A stretch of 63,976 nt of DNA, filler included, from Lenisia limosa (taxonomy: Eukaryota > Protista > Breviatea), in NCBI GenBank assembly GCA_001655205.1. It is 13 parts of 13 records of this genome, joined end to end, with 100 filler letters (N's around TTAATTAATTAA, not from the genome) between each part and the next. Parts side by side here need not be neighbours in the genome. Positions count along the whole stretch, not along the records: positions 21,833 to 40,935 come from LPNZ01009532.1; 12 more parts are not named here. One strand, given 5' to 3'. The position numbers and the translations under genes are program-made. Under the pieces are notes generated by a model, which did no database searches, was not told where the DNA came from, and was given only the letters and a program-made list of their open reading frames with translations. Every line of letters begins with the position of its first letter. Positions within the stretch are counted from its first letter, which is position 1. Below are positions 23,026 through 36,067 of this stretch, in pieces.

Positions 23026-26000
23026 TTATGGTTCGGGTGACTCTTCAGCCTCCTTGAAGTGCTTGGCTACAGCCTGCTTTCGTCGCGTTGAAATTTCAGG
23101 CGATAAGGGGGCCTATAACGTGACTACGCTTTATCTAACGAGACAATAGGTTTGTTGATAATAAGGAAACTCAGTACAGCGCATGATTTTGATACGAATC
23201 ACCTGGTATATGACCAAATTACTGGATTCGCCATCCTCCCAACCCTTCCCGCTGCCTCCATTCCTGGAGAGTCAGTAAAACAAAGGGACTCGGTTAATAA
23301 AAGACATAAACAGCAGTACTATTCCATCATTAGTCAACACCCCCACCCTCCGCACCAAGAAGATGAGAGTCACTGCAGCCCCTTAACAATCTTGACCCTC
23401 TCAGAGCGTCATGGCTCCGAACCTGCTGAGTCATTCCAAAAAATTGACGTTAACAATGTTAATGTGTTGACAACCGCACCAGGTATTCTGCCCCCCCCCC
23501 CCNNNNNNNNNNNNNNNNNNNNNNNNNNNNNNNNNNNNNNNNNNNNNNNNNNNNNNNNNNNNNNNNNNNNNNNNNCGCCCAGAATTGACCCTGAAGCACC
23601 TCTCACCCTGCGGGGCGGGGGGTTAGTGTTTCGGCTGAGGTATCAACGGGAAGCCGTTTTGGGGAATCACGGTCATTTATATAAAACACAGAAACCGGAA
23701 CAAAAAAATCATCAAGGATCATAAAAGGTAAATGGTACTATGAAACGCGATGATTTCATTAGATTCTTAGTATTGTACCCACCTCGGCGAGATCTGTTTT
23801 GACGCCATAGCCGCATGAGGTGACAGTGACAATCTGGTGGGAATGAAGAAAGGTGGCTCAGTGACAGATTTTGGAATGGGTGGTGAGTAAAAAAAAAAGG
23901 GGGGGGGAGGGAAATCGAGATAAAAATCATAATAAAACGTTATGAGGGGATTCAAAAAAAACACTACGATATCCGACGCATTCCTATGAACGACTACTGC
24001 AAAGGTAAGTCCTTACCAGGTCTTCACTTAGGTTCAAAAAAAAGACTGAATTTCTCGATAAATCCTCCAAAACTATCGATATTTTCCCGAACCGAAGTGA
24101 ACCCTTACTCCTTACCTTGGCAACTCTTCACCGTTCTTTGGAGGCGACTTGCCCATGATGGTGGGTGAGAGTCTTGTCCGTCTGAGCGTATTGGGCGAGG
24201 GCGGTAGTTGTGCAGAGGGTTTCAATGGGGCCTTAGGGGTCAGGGGAGCAACCAACACTAAAATATGTACATATTGTATATCGATATACAATACAATGAC
24301 CGGGATAAGTCTTGACCGCAATTACACCCACTTCGAGGATGGTTTTAATGGGAGACTTTGTTGGTGACTTGTTGGGTGACTTGACTGGGAAGAAACCACA
24401 GTCCTAAAGGAGATTATAAAGGTTGAAAGAAGTCGGAGAGAACTACAAATATACAATTTATGCACAAGGGAAAAGTGAGCATGGTTGATAACATAGCAGT
24501 CAAAAGTTTCAAATAATAACTGATAGAAAAAGACGGTATAACGAAAAAATATGTATTAATCACCATTCGCCAAACCTGAATTGGGGGAGGGTCTTGGAGA
24601 GGTTTGTTTTGAAAGAACACGGGAGATTGCTCCACATTCTGTGGGGGGGGGGGGGNNNNNNNNNNNNNNNNNNNNNNNNNNNNNNNNNNNNNNNNNNNNN
24701 NNNNNNNNNNNNNNNNNNNNNNNNNNNNNNNNNNNNNNNNNNNNNNATAATAAAATAGAGGACATAATTCTCAAAATAACCCTACACCACATCAGTAAAT
24801 ATAACAAGTCCTTCCCATCTCACTGGCGATGAAGGGGCGGAGTTTGACAGGGACTTTGACAATGATGACGGCGGCGTGGCCTGGGTGTTTTGGAAAAAGA
24901 CCGGTGTGGTGGGAGTGTAGTCGGCCCGGCCGGATGGCATGGCCTGGGGAAACAAGAATTAAGGCATCAATAGGACCATTCTAGGAGGTGTATAGAATGG
25001 GGGGATAGGCCCGATTTTCACCCATACACACTCGCTAAAAAATCCAATCACTTTTTTAGCAAGAGCAAAGAGAAGCTGTAAATAAAAAAAACGACAACAA
25101 TGAGTTGCTGCGTCATTGGGAAGAATGTGGACTTTTAGTAGCGTAAGGTTCGATCTTTGTGACTTACAATATTGGATTATTAAAGCAGGTTGCCAGCCCT
25201 GATAAACCACAAATAGAGACAAAACCGAGCTTAAAGTGCGTGATTTTATTTACTGTTATAAAATCAGTTGTTTTGGAAACAAGAGAGCAAATGATGATTT
25301 TATCCTACTGACCAAAATCTCCGTTAAATTCATGTAAAAAGTAGTTACAAGATGACTACACCGAAACATGTCGTTCGGATATCCGTGACAATTTTCTGGA
25401 TTGGCACTATATATTAATGAATTAATGAGTCATTAATGATGTATTTGCTCTGATGATCTGGTGTCGCACGTAATCACTCATAGGGGGAAAAACGGATTTG
25501 TCACCTATCAAAGTATGATATTTTCCCGTATTTTTGCCGGTCTACCCCCCCCCCCCCNNNNNNNNNNNNNNNNNNNNNNNNNNNNNNNNNNNNNNNNNNN
25601 NNNNNNNNNNNNNNNNNNNNNNNNNNNGACATTAATACCTAAAGAACAACAATCAAAAGATAGGTAACAAAGAAACTGTTGGTTATGCGGGTGATGATTT
25701 CGTCTTTTCGGGCCAAAGAGAAGTCTATACATACTAACCTTGCTTTCGCTTGCCGTCACTTGTGGACAGTAGGCTACCGAGTGCGACGATATGTCAGACG
25801 CATCTCTAGTGCGGTCTTCAATTAAGTGACACTGGAGGAGGGAGGGGGGGTAAAATTGGAAATGGGCCAACTCAAAAATCAACTCGATTGTCACAAATCA
25901 ACCCAATTGTCGAAAATCAACTCAATTAGGTATTATGACACATACGAGGAGGAGAGTAAAATTAACCGTTTTGAACAGCTGACAAAATAAACTATTGAAA

Positions 26001-29000
26001 AACAATATCACAGAGGTGGAAGGCTTTCATTTGGCTCGAAAAGGACTATCAAGGATTTATTGTGATCTATTGAGTAGGTAGTGTAGTACTAGATAGTAGC
26101 GAAGTTAGTGACTTTTACGGCACCTTGATGCGAAGAATATAATGACACCCATGGGAGTACAAAAAGAACAAAAAAAAAACAAGAAATATCTTCTTACTGT
26201 GGAAGAAGCTAAAGCGGTAAACAGCTTGTGGTTCAAATCTCAATGAATTTACGCTTTCAACGAAAAATGAAAAAATCGTTACAATTCAATTTCTTCTGAT
26301 GTACTATTTTCATCCCCTTGTTCGTCCTGTTTTAGCCAGCAATATTCGAGTCTGAATCAAGCTGTCACCCACTGGCTTACCAAGGACTTGTGCTGGAGGA
26401 GAGTGGCATAGTTGAGAGCGGTCTTGCCACAACTGTAAAACGTGAGTGAAATGGCAAAAAGGCCGCTAACATGGTCACAATAGGAACAATAACGCTACTT
26501 TAATGGAATATGGATACCGGGAATGAGAAGAGGGCGCTTACTTGTCCTGGAGAGAAGGAGATGCGCCATAATCTAGAAGTTTCCTTGTAATATCAACTTC
26601 ATTCAATTTAGCCGCTTTGATGAGAGCAGTCTCTCCATTTGAGTCTACAGGGAGGTTCATTAAAATGGGAAAAAGATTCGCAAACCAATTGCATCCACGG
26701 ATGCTCCTCCTTGTAATAACAGAGTGGTTTCCTTGTAGTTTCCAGACGAAACAGCCAAGTGAAGAGGTTTCGGTGAAGGACTATTCATCCCACCCTTGGA
26801 AGGCCGTGCTATATTGAGTGCTTTACAGCTATCCGACAATGCTGGGCGCTCTCACTATGGCAAAATACCTCGAGGTAAAAACTAATCTGAGCTATATATC
26901 AAATATCTAACTGAAGTTTGCCGTTTATTTAAACAGTATATGAGTATATGCGATAATAGAATGTGGTAATGTTGTTATTAAAATTATATATCAAATATCT
27001 AATCAAAACAATTGGCCGGTAAAATATCGATAATTTTCGAGGATTTATTGAGACATTATCTAGGGGTACATTGGCCCAATTTTCTGGCTGTTGTGTCTTT
27101 TCTACCGTTCTCCTTACCAGACACTACAGCCCTACACTCATACACTCATACACTACACTCATACATTCGTACATTCGCCTTGTACACCTTCGACGCCTTG
27201 TATTTGACCAGCTGGCATTGAGCTACAGGCGAGGTGTTTCAGCAATAAGGTGTCTGGTCGAAGCTGTCCACACCATCACACTTGTAAGGCATCCAACATC
27301 CGAACATCCATTAAAAAAACTGAAACCAAACACAAAAAAAAAATCGTACCATCACAAAAAAAACACCAAAAAACGGCCCAACTGTCACAGATAGTCCACA
27401 GATAGTCTTGACAATAGGCAATAAAGGAAGTGGACTAGTCATCGACCGAAATCCGTGACGAACAATATGGACACTTGCCCTGTTGACCCGGCCCAGTGCT
27501 ATGGCTTGACACTTGTAACCAGTCTCGAAGACACTAAATAAAGTCAATTATGTGGTAAATCATGTACAGGTGTGAATGCAAAAGACATCAAGATGTTGCT
27601 TTCCAAAACACAATTCCAGATCCCCCTCCCACATCCTTATGGAACGCGGCACTACAGTTACCACACGCTGTGTCCTTGACTAGGCTGAGGGCCGCGTAAC
27701 AGATGGTGCACTGCGAGGCAGCCTGATGGTCAAATGTCACGAGGTGGTGAAGAAAGTTACGTAGCTACTGATTTATTCCTGAATGATTCAAACGCTGCTC
27801 ACTTTAGTCCAAATCCATTTTCTGTATGTTTCCTGTACCATCACCCACAAATTGCACCGACGGTTCGGAAGGCGCTGGGAGGGTCATCTCAAGCACTTCC
27901 TCCAAATTGGCTCGAATCTGCGAGCATAAAATGAGGCTTTTGAAATATATATCATAATATAACAATGAAAAAAAAACAAGTTCAAGACACCCCCCCACTG
28001 AACACTTGGGTTTCCATTTTGCTATATTCCTGTTCAACGTGGCTGTCATTGCTGCACTGCTTTCATCAGATCCCTATGTGGTGAAGGAGCCTGAAAGTAA
28101 CCTTTTTGAAAAAAAAGGAAATATGTTGTAAATGGAGACGACTGGTGATTATCACAGATTTATAACAACATTTTAGCTTCATCATTTATGCATACACAAT
28201 ACCGGGAAATATTCCACCAACCAAAAATGTGAAATTAGGAAGTCTGCGCGGAAATTGGGGATCAACGACCAATGTAACCGAAATGTTCTTTCCTCAGAAA
28301 GTAAGTATCCATTACTCCACAGAAAAGAGGGCAAAACATCGAGCAGTAGTATATCTATACTGCAACGTGTGTACCCACTATTCACCGTTACAGAACTATT
28401 TGTCCAAAAAGAGCAGATTGCTTCAAATAAACTAAACACCATGGCCACACCAAGCATGATACGGAGCGCGGCACCAGACGCATGGATGTCACTTTGAGTT
28501 GTTGCGCTGTGCTTCTTCAGGTCTTCCACCTCCATTCGATAGCCTACACCGTCATCAAAATATGTGACTAATGGCGTAATTTAGACAGCAAAATGAAACA
28601 TCAAATGCCATAAGCGGGAAAACCTAGAACAGGGTAGCACAAGGATAAACGGTTGGAGACAAAAAGAGGGGGGCTAACAAAGAAAAGAAATAAACTAAAA
28701 AGAAAAGAGGAGCAAGGAGCAAGTAGAAGTATATAGCAATGTAACCCTTACCAAGGCTCATCTCGGCAGTTTTGCGAATAGAATGGATAAGCGCTGCAAT
28801 CGGGCTCTGGCGCTCCTACAGCCCTTAATAGGGAATCAGAATCAGAATTGTGGCTGAAAAGAGTGTTTAGTAATAGCGTTAAATGTTTACAACAACGATG
28901 TCACTTTTAAGGAGATTTTCACTTAGAAAATTGAGAAAGATATCATTATATGTTTGTGTTTTGAGGCCACTTCGGATCCCCCCCCCCCCCNNNNNNNNNN

Positions 29001-30675
29001 NNNNNNNNNNNNNNNNNNNNNNNNNNNNNNNNNNNNNNNNNNNNNNNNNNNNNNNNNNNNNNNNNNNGGGGGTTCCTGGGGGTATCGTCGTGGAATGTGC
29101 ACTGAAAACGTCTCAGTGGAACCTGGTTTCGGGTGAGTGTATAACGGAGGAGAGAAACTGAAACTTATCGTCAACTCCAGAGTAATATGCTACTTACATA
29201 CTACATACTATATCATATTAGACACTGCGATTGAGAAAACCACAAACCCATGATAACTAATAAATGGCATCATTTTCAAAATTTCAAGAACGATTCCAAA
29301 AGTTCACCCTGATTATTGTGTTAAAGTAAAAATCTACTGAAACTGATTATCTCTACCTCAGCACCCACCATTTGAAAGAGTGAAACTCAGCTCAAGATTG
29401 TCCAATGATGGTGAGGCTTTGGAGATGACATTTACGTCCTGGTGTCGTTAATCAAGAAGACCAACTAAAGAGAATCTACTCCCAGACTTGCTGTCTGATT
29501 CACCCCCTCACAAGTGAGAGAAGGTCTTCGTAAAGCGCCTTGTAAGCACCAGGGGAAAGATGTTCATCTGGGGCCTAAAGAGTGAACCTGCCTTGTCAAC
29601 AGATGTATCTGGCCGACGCCGTCCACACCATCATGCTGATAAGAGATATTGGATTATAGAATAATATTAATTCACCCAATCATTTGCCTGACAACTCTGT
29701 GCACACAGCTTTCTGCGTGCCTCCCCAGCATACACCATGTTACATAACAAAAAGGATGTTAATAGTAACATTTGCTAAAACAAGTCTTTCTAGTAAATAT
29801 GAAAATACGCATAATGAATCAGACATACTTGTTCACTTGCTTTCCTTTTATCAACTGCACGGTCTCCTAAAAAGGCAAGTTCTGAGAGGAACTCTGACAC
29901 TGTGGAGCTAGACTCCAGCATGCAGGCGATTGCCTCTTCCTGGCCTGGGAAGGGGAGAAGTGAAACGAGAAGGATAAAAAGAGTTAAAAACTTTAAAAAC
30001 CACAGAAACAGACACAATGCTACCCAGAGGCGCACCATTCAAAAGAGCAGCCAAGGGAGGTGACATATACAACGAAGCTCCATGCAGGGTTTTGGCTTTT
30101 TCCCTGAAGCAATCATTGCATGTATTAGCATATAAACCAAAACATGTTTCTATTTTTATTATTATATTTCACCTATCTATCTCTTTAANNNNNNNNNNNN
30201 NNNNNNNNNNNNNNNNNNNNNNNNNNNNNNNNNNNNNNNNNNNNNNNNNNNNNNNNNNNNNNNNNNNNNNNNNNNNNNNNNNNNNNNNNNNNNATAAAAC
30301 AAAACATTCCCAAAAAGCGTCTCACAAACGATGGCTTGAGTGGTGACATGAGGCTGAGGAGAATTGGATATGCGTCCTTCCCGACCTAGGTGCTTTCAGT
30401 GCCGATTATCGGATCCAATTAAAATCTTAGACAAATTTTGAGGCGAATAAATATGGGTAGAAGAAGTGTCTATTGACAGGTGTGACAAATGACAAATCTC
30501 TGCATAATGAAAAGTATCGATAAATGCAACTGTCCCAAATGATTTTCTTCACTTTACATCCAATAAAAAACATGAAAGGTCCCAGTACTTGTTCTCTTCT
30601 TACATTTAGTACACCTCCATACGCGGTAAAGTCCTTCGAAACTGGCATAATACCAGGATGATAATCAATTAGCAT
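23026..30675 (-). CDS. Large multi-exon ankyrin-repeat protein (boundaries tentative)
   Basis: Consecutive in-phase exons at ~26370-26870 encode KPLHLAVSSGNYKETTLLLQGGASVDAI|DSNGETALIKAAKLNEVDITRKLLDYGASPSLQDN|CGKTALNYATLL (ankyrin repeats). Flanking minus-strand exons are assumed to be the same gene; tentative stop TAA at 23026-23028. Confidence 0.6.
24017..24107. mobile_element. Family A MITE, 7/8 TSD
   Basis: CAGGTCTTCACTTAGGTTC...GAACCGAAGTGAACCCTTA; flanks GTCCTTAC/CTCCTTAC. Confidence 0.8.
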
Positions 30676-30991
30676 GTTATTCAGTCACAGTGGTTGTTTG
30701 CAAGGACTACACTAAGTATAAAACTGGATTTTCACGATTACACAAAACAATGAAGGTTTAAAAGTTCAATCATTTGAAATCGGTAATAAAGTTTGTATTT
30801 CATCCAAATTTCATCTCAACTGGTAAGGTTTGTTTGTTGGTTTGTTGCATTGTTCCTGGGGTCTCCCTCTTCAGACACGACTTTTAACAACTTTTCGGCT
30901 TTCCGTCTTGTTTCCATCTTTCAGCCTGCAATTTGAGTATTATTCACTGAGTATTATTGATTAAAGTTGTTTGTTGAGAAAGGCCGGCATC

Positions 30992-33900
30992 ATGGATCCT
31001 GGCGCCTATAATACGGATTCCTCTGAAATGGGGGACGCTGTTCCTGGTGTCATCATGTCACAACTCACTGATCAACAGCGTGAAAGATATTATGAGTTCT
31101 TAATCCGCAATAACGTCCGTTTCATTAGAGGTATTGCTCAGATTGAGGCCCCTCCCTCGCTAACCATCCTTTAGATGAGGAATCTGGTAAATTTGTAGCC
31201 AGAATCCGCGTTGTAAAGCCAGAAAAAACGTATGGCCCTTGTTTTGAACACTGTTTTATGGCTTTAGCAAACAAAGTGCTTCTGGAGCTCCTTCTATGGC
31301 TGCCTCAAAAAGTAAGTGGGTTTTGAAATAATACGGTGAGCAATGTTCCTCCCCCCCCCCCTCCCATTATGATTTCTTTCTCCCTTATTTTCCAGTGAAC
31401 AAGGATCCCATNNNNNNNNNNNNNNNNNNNNNNNNNNNNNNNNNNNNNNNNNNNNNNNNNNNNNNNNNNNTTTATTGATTCATATCATGTATATTTCCAT
31501 TTGCTCTTGTCTTGGGAATTTTGGTTTTGTTTTACTTAATGTTTTAAGGCAAGGTATTTTTAAAATTGTTTATTATTGGTTGTTTCTTCAATTTCCTGTT
31601 TTTTTTTCTTTCCCGTAACCTCCTCAGGGAAGTGATCGCTGTTGTTCAGCGCTACCTCAAATTCTGCTCATTCATGACCACTATGGATGATCTCCACCCC
31701 AGAAACCATAATTTGGCCTGGGTAATTAAGGTTGGGGGCCTTCTGAGTGTCTGGGTGGTTCAGGTTGAAGCAATTACTCATCAAGAACTTCATAACGAAG
31801 GCATCCTTCTAGCAACTATATGCCGTATTATGGATATCTCTATTGGAATGCTAACGTATTTCTATTATTACTTCCCAATTTACTGTTGAAAGTTCCTTGA
31901 TAACCTTTCAGATTATCGAGAGTGTGTACGAGTTCCGTTATAAGGAATGTCTGAAGGAGGTGTCCCGAGCCAATAAAACACAGGTTCGCTCAGTGCTCCT
32001 TCATAAATATATTATATTTTTTTTTGTGTTACATGATCCATAGAATGAAAAATGGCAATTTCATAGCTGGAATACATATTGCCATAAAAAATTTTCAGGA
32101 CTCTGGCGCTATCGGAGCCTCCCCATTCCCCGACTTCGTTTATAGGCATCTTTCCAAGAGCTACGGCCTGAAGCACATCTTGGATCAGGTACGCGACAGG
32201 GGAAATCCTCCATAAATAGTGATACGTTTCTAGTGTTTCTTTATATTAATGAATCCCGCATTTCAATAATACAAAGGTTAGCACATGATGTTATACCACA
32301 CACTCAGGATCGTGTGAGGGTCTAAGTATTTAGCACGCTCTGGACTTGGTCTACAACATCGAGCGTTTCAGAAACCAGTGTCTCCCTATTGAGGTAGGGA
32401 TCTCTTAATGCCATCAATACAGCTTATTGTTAATGCCATGGAGTGGACAGCTTCGGTCAGTCACCTCCCCCATGTCATCGTATTTAAAAAATTTTCTCTT
32501 ATTTTCATACTCCTTTGTCAATATCCTTTCAAAATCGCATTTGATTTGTATAATGTTAGTACTAGTATATTATACTGATATCATACAAATGTGACCCCTC
32601 AAAGCACCTTTTTTTTTTTTTTTAATTTCCCATCAGATTTTTGCACGGTTCTTGGCCCAATCTTTCCATGCTGATGACTTGATATTCTTCCTCTATGCCC
32701 GAACTGTTGTTGCCAAAGAACTCAGGGTGAAGGGGTGGAGAGTCATAGGTGACCAGTGTAACTAATATGAGCAAAGCAAAAGAAATGGCTCATTAAACTG
32801 GGATGTGATAACACCATGGTTTGACCTTTACAGGTGTCACCAGTGTCAAATCTCTGCCAGGTCATTTCCACCAACAATGTTGCTCGAATGGTACGGGTCG
32901 CATGCACCCAGTAAATATTATGTCAAATTTTATAGTGCATTTAAATATGGCCCCGTTACTTTTTTACAAAGAAATCAGTCATCCTCATCAAGTATTTGGG
33001 CACTCACATTGACAGTTTTTGTTGGCGAATTGAATCACCGTGTATGCTAATCACATACATATATTTCCCATAGTAATGGTTAGCGAATAGTAATGGTAAC
33101 ATATTTGATTCGCTAATTTGTTTTGTTTTGGTTATTAATTCGGGTGATGGGATACAGTGCTGCAGAAGCGANNNNNNNNNNNNNNNNNNNNNNNNNNNNN
33201 NNNNNNNNNNNNNNNNNNNNNNNNNNNNNNNNNNNNNNNNNNNNNNNNNNNNNNNNNNNNNNNNNNNNNNNNNNNNNNNNNNNNNCAAAATGATCTTCTC
33301 GTCGCAGACTGACTTGGCCCCTTTTACACAAGGGTTCCAATTGGTGTGAGGGTGATGTGTTGGACAATTGGTGTGAGATTGGTGTGTTGGACAGAAATAG
33401 TTAATAAAATCGATAACTATCCCTCTTTTATCGTATCTCCCCCTTTACCTTTTGTGTTCAAACCCTCTTAGCCAATAAAGGGCATTCACTGTATTTGCCA
33501 CATATCTTGCTCTCATCACGCCTTCCTTTTTCTAATACCCCAGGTGCTGAATGCGTACCTTCGAGGCAAGGGGTAGGCCTGAGGGTTTAAAAAATCTTAA
33601 TCGACATCAACTGTTGAAGGGCTCTCCTAGGAGTTTACTGTTGACAAGGAGTTTTCTGGGAGTTTATTTGACTTATTACTGAACATTGTCGATTTTGTCT
33701 TATTGATAATGTCTATCGAACCGGTTTATTGTTGATTTTGGATGAACATAAGCGGACTGCTTTGACCCATGGCCATCTTCACTCACTCTCAGCTCAAGCG
33801 ACGGCAAGCTGGAAGCTCACGAGGTCCTGAACCTAGCACTTCTACACTATCATCAGGCCCGGCCAGTGAGCAGTGAACTACCTGCCACTTGTTGTTTGAT

Positions 33901-35950
33901 AGTGATCTTGAACTCTTGTTGAAACCTGTTTTATTTTAAAAAATTATTTACTATTATAAATAATACAAAAGGATCATTTCCCCTCATCTTATTATCTCCC
34001 CACTCCATCATCCTCCAACCCCCCCTCAGACGCAGGAGAAGGCCGCTGCACAAGCCGCACAGGCCATGGATGCGGAGCAGATTCTCAGACAGGCGGATGA
34101 ACAGGTATGGGGGAGGGGGCATTAGTTCTTTCTGACTCTAGTTCTGGCACATTCCCATTGACCCATCAATTCTCATCGCCATAGTACCGCAGCCGGTTCC
34201 AGCCTGACACGCCGGCATGGACCGGCTCCACCACTGCCGCACCCATCCCTCCTGCCTCCACCGAGCCAATAGTGTCCGACAGGCTTATTGAACAGTGGGT
34301 TTAGTGACAATAAATTTCGTATTTATTCCTCCCCATCTACCAAATCCTTGCCCCCCTCTTCCTTTATTCGACTTGGCTAAGTTTTCATCTCGTCATATGT
34401 CATGTTTTAGCCATTTCCATTTCAGTTGTTTATCCCCCCCCCCCCCNNNNNNNNNNNNNNNNNNNNNNNNNNNNNNNNNNNNNNNNNNNNNNNNNNNNNN
34501 NNNNNNNNNNNNNNNNNNNNNNNNNNNNNNNNNNNNNNNNNNNNNNNNNNNNNCGCACGTGATCTGCCTCCAGATCTTTCTTCCGACATCGCTTCCGAGG
34601 TCCAGGGCCACTTACATGTGGGGGGGCATTGTCAGATGTAACCACTTTAAAGGAACAGCTTTGGTCAGATGAATCCTGTTAAATGATAATCGTTGATCCA
34701 GAGCCCCCTTTTTCTTTCTCACTCACCCCTCAGACCAAAGTGGCTTCCGTTCTCAGTGACGTTACTGCCATCCCCCTGTCCGAGGCCACCCTTGTCACAC
34801 AGCGCACTATTGACGTGGGTTTTACCGGAAATATGGAGAGACATTTGCAGAGATGACTGAAGTTGAGCTATTTTAGTCCCCTTAATAACGTGATGATGAT
34901 GATGAATATACCTTGTGTTTCTCACATCTATTAATTCTATTGGAGAACTTTTAGACTATCTCTGAAAAGCTTACCAACCAGGTTGATGAGCATGCGTTTA
35001 ACTGTCACCAATACCGAAAAGAGGTGGGGTGTGTCTGTAAGGCTGTTTTGAACTGGTCCATTGGTACCAGCCTGGTACATGTAGATAACCCACGCCCACT
35101 TCCTTAAAATTTTCCAATTTACCCCCCACCCCCAGCTCCGAATCCGGCTTGCTGCAGTGGTGGACAGCCAGGATGATCCTGACAACGTCGACGCCTTCTC
35201 ACGCGCACTTCTGGCTGTGGGGGGAGGGGGGTTGCTCAAGTTTATAGTTCTGGACTCCTTTGTTTTCAAGTTCGATTCCCAATTCCTTCATTCCCCTTTA
35301 TTTGTGTTTTGTTTCATATGATTGTCTTCTTACCAAATGTTTAGCCATCAGATTTTATTCTGTTTTTATTTTTTGTTTTATAAATTTTCCATTTTTACCC
35401 CCCCCCCCCCNNNNNNNNNNNNNNNNNNNNNNNNNNNNNNNNNNNNNNNNNNNNNNNNNNNNNNNNNNNNNNNNNNNNNNNNNNNNNNNNACCTCATCAC
35501 CCGGGCCATGTCCCACTTGAAACAGGAGGTGCGTGCTTCTGGTGTTATTACTATTTGTATTATTTGAGAGGGTGATTCATGCCACATTCAACTTCTTTTT
35601 CTTCTCACGATCAGGAGCCGACTTCGCACCAAACCAGCCCCGAGCTTCAGGTGAGCTTGGTGTAACTCTTCAATGTGCAACTGTTCTAAGCGTTGCAAGG
35701 CTACCTCCAGATTACCCCAAATATCGGCACACTTCGTGGAAACCGCTCACTCTTCAGCCTCAACCCCACCCTGTTCCACAACCCGCTGCGCAATACCATC
35801 ATCCCCTGGTGGGCTTTGGAAATGGCGCATGATTCTGTCTGGATGAAAATACTTTTGGTGTCACTCACTCTGCAGGAGGAGGACGCCTCAGCCTACCTCA
35901 CTGACAACAACACCAATGATGATGAGTCACAAGGCCCCCTTGGTATCTAA
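30992..35950 (+). CDS. Multi-exon hypothetical protein, resembling an uncharacterised family I recall from flagellated protists
   Basis: Runs from MDPGAYNTD... to ...DDESQGPLGI-stop (35948-35950). Central exons FPDFVYRHLSKSYGLKHILDQ|HALDLVYNIERFRNQCLPIE|IFARFLAQSFHADDLIFFLYARTVVAKELR splice in frame. Family resemblance is from memory and unverified. Confidence 0.7.
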
Positions 35951-36067
35951 TTTATGGACGTATAAGCGTGTTTCTTATTGTGTAATGTACTGTATTCTAG
36001 TGTTACCGGTCTTTTGTAAGGAAACCATAGAAGCATAAATTAGAATAATAGAAAGAATATACAAAGC

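Noticed and set aside
27400-27740. C1 zinc-finger or diacylglycerol-kinase identity for the ankyrin gene (CTIC...GYKCQA)
   Set aside because: The C-terminal Cys/His ligands of a C1 domain and the DGK catalytic motifs were not found; left unassigned.
31120-31180. Apparent GC donor (GAG|GCCCCT) in the 30992 gene
   Set aside because: An upstream GT donor (AGA G|GTATTG) splices in phase to TTAG|AT GAG GAA, so no GC donor is needed.
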